A stretch of 64,000 nt of DNA from Mobula birostris. Its lineage: Eukaryota. Both the position numbers and the translations under genes were made by a program. The notes beneath the pieces are model-generated. The model searched no databases. It worked only from the letters and a program-made list of their open reading frames with translations, and was not told the origin of the DNA. The stretch covers positions 193,993,345 to 194,057,344 of the forward strand of contig NC_092374.1 of NCBI RefSeq assembly GCF_030028105.1. Direction: 5' to 3'. Below are positions 28,201-40,200 of the stretch, in pieces. Position 1 is the first letter of the stretch; each line of letters begins with the position of its first letter.

Positions 28201-31200
28201 TAACATGTATTTCGCTCAGTTCCTCCATCTCACTGGACCCTCTGTCCCCTACTATTTCTGGAAGATTATTTATGTACTCCTTAGTGAAGGCAGAACCAAA
28301 GTAATTATTCAATTGGTCTGCCATGTCCTTGCTCCCCATAATCAATTCACCTGTTTCTGTCTGCAGGGGACCAAATTTGTCTTTATCAGTCTTTTCCTTT
28401 TTACATATCTATGAAAGCTTTTACAGTCCATGTTTATGTTTCCTGCCAGTTTTCTCTCATAATCTTTTTTCCCCTTCCTAATTAAGCCCTTTGTCCTCCT
28501 CTGCTGAACTCTAAATTTCTCCCAGTCCTCAGGTGAGCCACTTCCTCTGGCTAATTTGTATGCTTCTTCTTTGGAATTGATACTATCCCTAATTTCTCTT
28601 GTCAGCCACGGGTGCACTACCTTCCTTGATTTATTCTTTTGCCAAACTGGGATGAACAATTGTTGTAGTTCATCCATGCAACCTTTAAATGCTTGCCATT
28701 GCATATCCACCGTCAATCCTTTAAGTGTCATTTGCCAGTCTATCTTAGCTAGTTCACGTCTCATACCTTCAAAGTTACCCTTCTTTAAGTTCAGAACCTT
28801 TGTTTCTGAATTAATTATGTCACTCTCCATCTAAATGAAGAATTCCACCATATTATGGTCACTCTTACCCAAGGGGCCTCTCACAACAAAATTGCTAATT
28901 AACCCTTCCTCATTGCTCAAAACCCAGTCCAGAATAGCCTGCTCTCTAGTTGGTTCCTCGACATGTTGGTTCAAAAAACCATCCCGCATACATTCCAAGA
29001 AATCCTCTTCCTCAGCACCTTTACCAATTTGGTTCACCCAATCTACATGTAGATTGAAGTCACCCATTATAACTGCTGTTCCTTTATTGCACACATTTCT
29101 AATTTCCTGTTTAATACCATCTCCGACCTCACTACTATTGTTAGGTGGCCTGTACACAACTCCCACCAGCGACTTCTGCCCCTTAGTGTTACGCAGCTCT
29201 ACCCATATCGATTCCACATCTTCCCGGCTTATGTCCTTCCTTTCTATTGCGTTAATCTCTTCTTTAACCAGCAACGCCACCCCACCTCCCTTCCCTTCAT
29301 GTCTATCCCTCCTGAATATTGAATATCCCTGAACGTTGAGCTCCCATCCCTGGTCACCCTGGAGCCATGTCTCTGTGATCCCAACTATATCATAATCATT
29401 AATAAGAATCTGCACTTTCAATTCATCCACCTTATTACGAATGCTCCTTGCATTGACACACAAAGCCTTCAGGCGCTCTTTTACAACTCTCTTAGCCCTT
29501 ATACAATTGTGCTGAAAAGTGGCCCTTTTTAATGCTTGCCCTGGATTTGTCAGCTTGCCACTTTTACTTTTCTCCAGAGTACTTTTTGCTTCTACCCTCA
29601 CTTTACACCCCTCTGTCTCTCTGCACTGGTTCCCATCCCCCTGTAGTGAACTAACCTCCTCACGCCTAGCCTCTTTAATTTGATTCCCACCCCCTAACCA
29701 TTCTAGTTTAAAGTCACCTCAGTAGCCCCCGCTAATCTCCCTGCCAGGATATTGGTCCCCCTAGGATTCAAGTGCAACCCGTCCTTTTTGTACAGGTCCC
29801 GCCTGCGCCAAAAGAGGTCCCAATGATCCAAAAACTTGAATCCCTGCCCCCTGCTCCAATCCCTCAGCCACGCATTTATCCTCCACCTCATTCCATTCCT
29901 ACTCTCACTGTCGCGTGGCACAGGCAGTAATCCCGAGATGATGATGAGTTTGAGTACAGAGAGGAAATTAAGAACCTGGTGGCATTGTGCGAAGACAATT
30001 ACCTATCCCTCAATGTCAGCAAGATGAAGGAATTGGTTTTTGACTTCAGAAGATGTAGCAGACCGCACAACCTTATTTACATCGGTTGTGCGCAAGTGGA
30101 ACAGGTCAAAAGCTTAAGTTCCTCAGGGTCAATATCACAAATGACCTGACTTGGTCCAACCAAGCAAAGTCCACTGCCAAGAAGGCCCACCAGTGCCTTT
30201 ACTTCCTTATAAAACTGAAGAAATTTGGCCTGTCCCCTAAAACCCTCACTAATTTTTATAGATGCACTGTAGAAAGCATTCTTCTAGGGTGCATCACAAC
30301 CTTGTATGGAAGTTGTCCTAAGTCTGGAAGAAGCTGCAGAAGATTGTGAACACCGCCCAGCACATCACACAAACCAATCTTCTGTCCTTGGACTCACTTT
30401 ACACCGCACGCTGTCGGAGCAGTGCTGCCAGGATAATCAAGGACACGACCCACCCAGCCAATACACTTTTCGTCCCTCTTCCCTCCGGGAGATGGCTCAG
30501 GAGCTTGAAGACTTGTATGGCCAGATTTGGGAACAGCTTCTTCCCAAATGTGTTAAGACTGCTGAACGGATCCTGACCCGGATCTGGGTCGTACCCTCCA
30601 AATATCCGGACCTGCCTCGGTTTTTTTGCACTACCTTACTTACCCTTTTCTATTTTCTATTTGTGATTTATAATTTAAATTTTTAATATTTACTATTGAT
30701 TTGTACTCCAGGGAGCGCGAAGCGCAGAATCAAATATTGCTGTGATGATTGTATGCTCTAGTATCAATTGTTTGGCGACAACGAAGTAAAGTAAATGTAT
30801 ATTAAAAACTTAATTTAAAAATCATGCAGAAACAGAAATAATTTAAAAAATGTGAGGCAGTGTTCATAGGTTCAAAGTCCATTGAGAAATTAGATGGCAG
30901 AGGGAAGAAGCTGTTCCTGAATCGCTGAGTCTTAGGTGATGGGGGTCCTTAATGATGGATGCCGCCTTTCTGAGGCACCACTGCTTGAAGATGTCTTAGA
31001 TACTGTGGAGGCTGGTACCCAAGATGGAGCTGACTAATTTTACATATTTGTGTAGCTTCTTTCAATTGTGTGCAATAGCACCCCACCAACTCCCCCCCCC
31101 CATACCAGTCAGTGATGCAGCCTGTCAAAATGCTCCCCGCAGTACATCTATATAAGGTTTCAAGTGTTTTAAGTCACAAAACAACGATCCTCAAACTCCT

Positions 31201-34200
31201 AATGAAATACAACCGCTGTCTTGCCTTCTTTATTACTGCATCATTGTGTTGGGGCCAGGTGAGATCCTCAGAGATATTGACAGCCAGGAACTTGAACCTG
31301 CTTACTCTCTTCACTTCCGATCCTTCTATATGGATTGGTTTATGTTCTGTCATCTTACCCTTTCTGAAGTCTGCCAGGTTACCCACCATGTGGGGAAATT
31401 CTGTCTCCCTCCTTTTGCCTTTGAACTGGGCAGCTACTTTCAGATGGGCCTCGAAGTGCTGAGCAGTAAATTCCCGGTTTGAGATCATCCATTTCTCTCC
31501 TTGAAGAATGCCAGCAGGATATTTGGGCAAGTTGTTGCTTCCATTGTGAATGACACAAGTTCACTCGAGCTTGTATGGATGATGTTCCCCATTCTCATTT
31601 GCTACCCACTTCATTTCCACTCCCCCCCACCCCCCCCCCCCCCCCAATCTCCATACCAACACCTGTATCCTCAGCCTCCTCACTGTCAGGGTCAGCTCAA
31701 ATGCAAGCTAGAGGAACATCATCATCTTCTACTTCCCCCTGGGTTGTCCACAAGCTGACAGTGTGAACTTTGAATTCTTCAACTTCCTGCAAACTGCTCC
31801 CCCTCTGACCCTTTTCCCCTCCTCCTGATCTACTCCGTTATCCCTACAAACAAAAGACGACAAACTGCACAATAATGAAATGCTGAGACCTGAGTTCTAA
31901 AACTCCAACATCTGCAGTACTTTGTCACATCTACCTGCCACCTCCCAACCTCCATCACTACCTCCACCTTCCTTCCCCCTTCCGCCTATCACCTCCTCCT
32001 CACCTGGATCCACCTGCACTTGCTCTACCCCTTCCCCATTACCTTTTTGTTTCTGGCCACATCTCTTCAGTCTTTCAGTCCAGGCAACTGGAAATTTCTC
32101 CCCCCACAGCTGCTGCCTGGCCCTCTGAGTTCCTCCAGCATCTGGTGTGTTCTTCATTAGTATGGGAAAACTCTGGTTCCAAAATCACAGTGGTGGAAGG
32201 CAGAATATGTCAGTCTCTGCTTGAATATACTCTGCAACTCAGCCTCTATAGCCATCCTAAGGCTCTCCAGCCTATGGAGCCATCTATCCAAATAGCCAGC
32301 TGCTTTGTTGAGACTGGACCCCACGCCCCTAGGACAATGCTCCCTGACAGGGGAAGATATTCCATGCATCTCAGAGAGAGACTGATGGTTGCTCACTGAA
32401 ATCTCAATTTTCTGAGAATCCTGAAGAGAGCTGGACATCAATACTCACAACCTTCCATAACACACAACGATGAAGCATGTTAGGATGAGAATGGAATCGG
32501 GTTTAATATCACTGGCAGATGTCATGAAATGTGTTTTTTACAGCTGCAGCAATACATAATAATAAAATCTATAAATTACTATAAGAGTTTATATACAAAC
32601 TCTTTAAGCAACTTTTTCCCGTCCTGTGCAGTGGCCGCTCGGTGTCAGGCAGTGCTGCAATCAGTTAGTACATCTGTAGAAATCTACAAATCTGCAAGTA
32701 ATTTTGGCATACCAAATCTCCAAAAACTCAAAATGCAATAGAGCCTATGTTGTACCATCTTTGTAATTGGATCAATATACGGGGCCCAGGATAGATCCAC
32801 AGGGATGGTGACACCCAAGAGCTGCTCACCATTTCCACTTCTGATGAGGACTGGGGTGTGTTCCCTTGGCCTCTCCTTCATGAAGTACATAATCAGTTTC
32901 TAGGTATTCATGTTGAGTTCAAGGTTGTTGTTGCAACACCACTCAACGAGCTGGTCTTTCTCACTCCTGTACACCTCCTCATCACCATCTAAAATGTTGC
33001 CAAGAATAATTGTGACGACAGCAAATTTATAAATAGCATTTCAGCTGTGCCTAGCCACACAATAGTCAGTGTAGAGATAGTAGAACAGTGGGCCAAGCAT
33101 GCATCCTTGAGGTACACCAGTGTTGATCGTCAACGAGGCGGTGATGTTATTTCCAACCCGCACAGACTCTGGTCTCCCAGTGAGGATGGCAAGAATAGAG
33201 TTGCAGAGGGACGTTTAGAAGCCCAGGTTATGGAACATGTTTGGATGCACATTAGAGAGCATCCTAACATGCTGGATTGCTGTGTGGTACGGAAACTCAC
33301 AGTGATGGATAGGACGACTCTACAGCAGGTAGTTAAATAAGACCATAAGGTATAGGTGCAGAATTAGGCCATTTGGCCTGATTTGGAAGAGTCTGTTCCG
33401 TTATTTCATCATGTCTGATCCATTCTCCTCTCAACCCCAATCTCCTGCCTTCTCTCTGTGTCTCTTCATGCCCTGACCAATCAAGAACCTCTGCCTCAAG
33501 TATACATGAACACTTGGCCTCCACAGCTGTCTGTGGCAAGATATTCCAGAGATTAACCACTCAATGGCTAAAGAAACTGCTCCTCACCTCCTTTCTAAAA
33601 GGACGCCCCTCTGTTCCGAGGCTGTGTCCTCTGGTCTTAGACTCGTCCTCCATAGGAACATCCTCCCCACATCCACTCTATCAAGGCCTTTCACTATTCG
33701 ATAGGCTTCAATGAGGTCACCCCTTGTTCTGAATTCCAGCAAATACAGACCCAGAGTCATCAAACACTCTTCATATGACAAGCCAATGAAGAGCTTGTTA
33801 TATGAGCCCTTCAAAATGCAGAACACATCCTCGGTATCGGCTTATCCACCATCAAGGACCAGACTCAAAAACAGGTACTTCCTCCAATGTTATCAGGTTG
33901 ACCAACACCTCCACCATTAACCCACCCCACCACCACTACATCCACATCAGCCACTCCTCTCCACAGCCCTCAGCACCCTTCCCATGCACTGTCACTTTAC
34001 AGTTACTTGTACATTGTGTTTTATAGGATGGGTGTATATTTATATATTTATTTGTTTTTATGCTTATTGTCTCTTTTTTATGCTGCGTCTGAACTGGAGA
34101 AAGAATGATTTCATCCTCCTTTAAACTCTTGTACTGACGATTGACAACAAACAATTTCAAATGTTGAATGTGTCCAGTTTTTAACACTGGGTCTTAATTC

Positions 34201-37200
34201 TCACTCCAATGGCCAACTTCCAAACGGGAAGCATTGACTTTCTCCTTTTCCCATTGCAGGAAAAAGCAAGAGCTTCACAGTTACGCAAGGCCAGTCCAGT
34301 ATATTTGCAGGTGAGGGTGAAACGGTCCTCATGGTCTGTAGCCATAATGCCAATCACTCTGGAGACACCGTGTTCTACAGCTGGTACAGGAACACATCTG
34401 AAGTCTCCAACGGGACGGCAGAGTATGCAGGTTGTGTCCTTGGGCCTGACCAGGAGGATTCCTTCAGAGCTTCCATAAAGCTGGTGGATTTGAGGGAGAG
34501 CGATTCTGGAATGTACTTCTGCAAAGTACGGATAGACGGGATTGGCGAGGAAATCGGAGAAGGAGTATGGCCGACTGTGAGTCACACACGTGAGTGGTTC
34601 CACAGTCCGAGACAACACTGAGCTTATTACCACCCACCATCACCCACCCTGCTGACCATTGCTGAATGTAGATGGGAGACTACAGATAACAAGAATTACA
34701 TTGGGGTGACTGGCTGGAGATCACACACTTATCAACCCATCAACAATGATTGGCTCAGTGTGCAGATTATGGAAGAGTGGCAATGGGTCATACACAATCC
34801 TCTGTCACACTGGTACCCAGTACGGCAGTGGATCACACACTGTCCTCTTCCCTCTGGGACTGGGCGGGGCAGTGAGTTACAAGGTGTTCTCTCCCGCTCT
34901 GGGTCGAGGTGAAGCAGTCAATCACACACTACCCTCTTCCCCCTCTGGGACCGGGTGGGGTAATGGGTCACACACTGTCCTATTCCCCTCTGGGACCCAG
35001 TGGGGTAGTGGGTCACACACTGTCCTATCCCCCTCTGGGACTTGGTGGGGCAGTGTGTCACACACTGTCCTATCCCCCTCTGGGACCCGGTGTGGCAGTG
35101 GGTCACACACTGTCTATTCCCCTCTGGGACCCAGTGGGGTAGTGGGTCACACACTGTCCTATCCTATTCTCAATGGATTCTCCCTGTGATGGTGTGGCCA
35201 ACCCCCACCCCTGGGTGCTCTGGTTTTCTCCCACACCCCAAGATCAGTGGTTTAATTGATTGCTGTAAATTGCCCCCAGTGTGTTGGGAAGTGGTAAAAG
35301 TTCGATGGATTTGAAGAGAAGGTGGGGAGGATCGTTTATCGGTAAAATTAATAGGAAAATAAATGGGATTAGTGTAGGACATTTAAATGTTAGACGAAGA
35401 TCAACGTTCAATGTGACTTTATTACCTTTTGGTCATCCTATACAATTATTGGAAGAGCAACTTCCCTGTGCTTCCTGCCCTGGAATAGTGAGGAAGGTGT
35501 GTGGCAGGAACAGGAATGATTTCACCTGTGGGGTTAAACACTTTCAGGTCAGCTGCCATATCATTGCGTGCTTCACCAGTCTCGAAGGGCCAAATGGCCC
35601 ATTTGTGCTCGTGTGTTCTGAGTTGTTTTCTCCCCCACAGACATACTGAAACCTGTCACAATTCTCCTGGTGATTCTGTTAACGGTCTTTGGAATACAAG
35701 GGAGCATCCTGCTCGTCAGCATCCTGTTTCGTAGAAAACTATGCAGCGTAGACAGTAACGAGACTGAATCATTTACCTCTATGGCCAGTATAGGATCATC
35801 AGACATAGTAGGATTTGGTCATTCAGCCCAATGAGTTACTCTACCATTCCTCACTGAGGGATTTGTTTTCCCTCTCAACACCATTCTCCTGCCTTCCTCC
35901 ATAACCTTAGAAACCAATACTCAACCTATCAACTTGTGTTTTCAATATACCCAATGATTTGGCCTCCACATTCATCTGTGGCAATGAATCTTCTGGCTAA
36001 TGAAACTCCTCCTTATCTCCTATTCTAAGCAGTGCCCTCAGGTCCAAGACTCTCTCAATATTGGAAATATTGTCACCACATACACTCTGTTTAGGCCTTT
36101 CAGTATTTGATAGATGTTAGTAAGATCCCTCCCCACCATTCTTCTAAACTCCAGCGAGTACGGCCCAGAGCTAGCAATCCTCATACATTTACTCTTTCAT
36201 TCCCAAATCAGTTTTGTTATTCTCCTCTGGATCCTCTTCAATGCCAGCACATTGGTTCCTAGATATGGAGACCAAAACGGCACATAACACTGCCAATGTT
36301 CTTTGACCAATGCCTTATATCCTTAAAGGTGAGGAACATTTGGAAAGCCCAAGGGGTTCAACAGCATGTGCAGATAAGCAGGGCAATTGAGGTAGTAGAT
36401 CTGTGAGTCAGCAGCACAGACACAGGCCCTTCAGCCCAACTCATCTCTGCTGACATGGCCCATATGCCTTTGGTCATAGTGGTGCAAGCTGTGGTATCTC
36501 TTGAGATCATGGCCCAGACTAAGTTGTGCTTTTAAGTTTGTAGGGATGGTTTTCAGGACAGTGAATGGAGTTGGGGGTCAGATTAGGGTGTATAGACATA
36601 GACAGGGATGTGAAGGAGGTAGAGGTCAGCACTCCACTCTGCACCCAGTGATGTGGATAGTTGAGAAGATGCACTCCGAGTCCAGGACTCTGCTCCACGC
36701 TCGAAATCCAGCGATACTGTCATGGCAACGAAGTACATTCAGAGTTTAGGCCTCTGCTCTGTGCACAAAGGTTAGTAATGTGGGTGAAAATGTCCATAAA
36801 GGATACCCATGAATTCCGGACTGTCTCGAGTTGGTGGGTCCCAGTATTGAACATCAGTGCGATCCAGAGGCACAAGGCCCAGTCAGCTGGCCCCTAATGG
36901 TAATTGTGCCCAATTCTGCAGATTTCTATGATGACTGGGCTGGATAAATTTATTGTCAGACGCTCCAAGATGGTTTCTCTCCGCTTCTGTCCTCTCTTTT
37001 TCCATTCCTCATTCTGATTACCTTCTCAGCCCCTTTCCTTCTCCTTACCCAATCATCACCTTCCTCAGATGCCCCTTGTCCTTCCCTTCAATTATCCTCT
37101 GTCCTCTCCTGTCAGATTCCTTCATCTTCAGCCCTTCACCTGTTCTACTTATCACCCTCCCCCCAGCTTCTTATTTCATGCGCCTTCCATCACCTGCCCA

Positions 37201-40200
37201 CCTTCCCCCTCACCTGGTCTCACCTATCACTTGGCAGTTTGTACTCCACTCCCTTCCCCTCACATTATCTTCTTGTTCTGGCTTCTACCCCCTTCCTTTC
37301 CAGTCCTGTTGGAGGCTCTTGATCAGAAGCATTGACCGTTTATTGCTTTCCATAAATGCTGCCTGACCTGCTGAGTTCATCCAGCATTTTGTGTGTGGTT
37401 CGCTGGACTTCTAGTATCTGCAGAATTACTTGTGTTTATTGACTAATCAGCATCTTTCTTCTCTCCTTCCCTTCACAGATTCTCTCCTGTTTCAAAGGTG
37501 AGTGCTTGCTACACGCTTGTGTTTTACAGAATGTGTTCCATTGCAATGTAAAGGGACACACAGGGAGTAAACATTTTCCACTTTTTCTCTTCAGACAGGA
37601 GCTATCTACTCTGAATGACAGCACCACAGCGGGTAAGTAAAAGCCCCCAGAGCCAATCCATGTGAGTGTATTAGGCAGACTTGTCTGTGATGTTAGGTAG
37701 AGTGTCATACAGCATAGAACCTGGCCATTCAGCCCTTCTTCTCCAAGCTGACCTGTGGGTACCCATCAGAATTAACACCACCTTCCACCACTTAGTCTCG
37801 TGCCCTTGGCAATTCAAGTTTCGATTCAGAATTGCCTTACCCACAGAGGGGGTTCAGAATTTTCTTGCCTGTAGGAGGCAGAGGGTAGTTGTAGATGGAG
37901 CCTATCCTGCTTGGAGAATGGTGAACTGTGGTGCTCTGTACTGCTCTGTTCTGGGACCGCCGCTCTTTGTGATTTTTAGAAATGATTCGGATGAAGAAGT
38001 GGGAGGGTGTGTTAGTAAGCTTGTAGATAACATGAAGTTTGTGGAGTTGTGGATAGTGTGAAATGGTGGCAAGGATTACAACAGGCCATTGATAGGATGC
38101 AGAGCTGGGCTGAGAATGGCACGTGGAATTCTATCCTGAAAAGTGGGAAGTGATTCACTTAGGAAGGCTTAATTTGAAGGCAAAATACAGGGTGAATGGC
38201 AGAATCTCTTGCAGTGTAGAGAAACAGAGGGATCTTGGAGTCCATGTCCGTAGATCCCTCAACGTTGCCGTGCAAGTTGATTGAGCCATGAAAAAGGCAT
38301 ATGGTGTGTTGGTCTTCATTAATTGGGAGATGAGTTCAAGAACCGTGAAGTAATGTTGCAGCTCTATAAAACCCTGGTTAGACCACAATTGTGTATTGTG
38401 CTGAGTCCTCTTCACATCATTATTTACCATGATGCTGCCTGGATTGGAGAGGATAAGCTGAGTAAGCCAGGGCTTTTCTCTTTAGAGCGAAGGAGGAGAG
38501 AGGTGGATTGATAGAGCAATACAAAATGATAAGTGGCAGAGATCAAGTGGACTTTTTCCCCAGGCTGAACTCGCTAATATGAGGGGCCATAATTTTATGG
38601 TGTTTGGAGGAAAGTATAGGGGGAATGTCAGAAGTAAGTTCTTTACGCAGAGAGTGTGGGTGCCTGTAGAAAGGAGAGGATAGTTGTAAATCTGTCAGTG
38701 TCTGCATTAATATGCACATAATTAATTTTACAGCTGATTTACCTTCACCCCAACTGGAGGAAGGACCTGAGACGGTAAGTCGTAAAGCAAAATAAAAGCC
38801 TGCAGATGCTGGAAATCTGAAATAAAATCAGAGAATGCTGGGATATTCAGCAGGTTAAACAGCATCTGCAGAGAATCAAGCAGAGTTAAGGTTCTGGAAC
38901 AGTGGGTTTTTAACAGAACTGGGCAAAATTGAAAGCATAACGGATTGCTGTGAGGAGGGGACGGGTAGAGAGAATAAGAGTGGAGAGCGAGAGAGACTGG
39001 ATGTCATAGTCGGGATTGCTCGCAATGAGGGAGGACGTGGATAACTAGTTCATTTTGCATAGAAAAGGTTCAAGTGCTCATCTCTGTTTTTTGTCTTTTG
39101 TGAAAGTCTCTGCTTCACCTTATTTACAAGGAGCACTGCCACAAGAAAGGAGCATCCATTATCAAGGATCCCACCATCCAAGCCATGCTGTCTTCTCACT
39201 ACTAACATAAAGCATGAAGTACGAGAGCCTTAGGTCCCATGCTGCCAGTTCAGGAACAGTAATTACCTTACAACACGGGTTCCCAATCTTTTTTTGTGCC
39301 ATGGACCAATACCATTAGGCAAGGGGTCCGTGGATCCCAGTTTTCAAACCCTGCCCTACAACCATCAGGCTCCTGAAACAGTTGAACAATCTCACTCACC
39401 TCAGCGCTAAACTGACTCCACAACCAATAGACTTGCTTTCAAGAACTTTCAAATTCAATATTATTTATTTATTTTTATTTATTTTCTTTTGGACTCTGGT
39501 TGTTTGGCAGCCTTTGTTCGTCATAGTTTGTCTATAAGTTCTATTGTATTTCTTTACTTCCCTGTAAATCCTTGCAAGATAATGCAGCACCACCAGGACA
39601 GGGATGTGAAAGAGTTGAGTCGTTCAAAATTCTGACAGCAATGAGGAAAAAGCTGTTCTAGGAACATAGGACATAGGACATAGCATGTCAAACAGTAGAC
39701 CACAGGAACAGGATTTCAGCCCACAATTAATGCTGGACTAATTAAAGAAATGGTGTCTAATTACGCTCATCTCCTCCACTTGTACATGGTTCACTTCCCT
39801 CCATTTTGTCCATTGTCATGTGAGTATCTACGATTCTCTTAAACATCTCTATTGTATCTGCCTTCTCCATCACTAACCCTGGCAGCACATTCCGAACGCC
39901 ATCACTCGGTGTGGAAAGAAAAACTTGCTCTGCCCACCTCTTTTAATCTTTCCCTGTCTCAGCTTAAAGGTTGAGTCTGGACACCCAGGCTTTCGAGCTC
40001 CTGTAGACCAATAGAAATGCTCATTGTAATATCTTATTTCACAACAGACTGAAGATGGGAATGCCCCTCCATGCCCGGTAAGATGGTGTCCTTTTCACTC
40101 GGAGTGCTCATAAGAAAACTGATTTGTAACAAAATGTCACCAGTTTCATGTTCTCTACTTCCCGATTAAAGGTCAGTTCTTGATCCAATCTGCACAACCC

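Noticed and set aside
5710-34640. V exons as rearranging Ig/TCR gene segments
   Set aside because: Each V already includes a J-like GxG strand and its own splice donor. Heptamer-like CACAGTC (34601) and CACAGTG (32186) have no nonamer at a 12 or 23 nt spacer, and no C domain was found.
34770-35165. CRISPR-like array
   Set aside because: Contiguous tandem units with no unique spacers, in a eukaryotic context.
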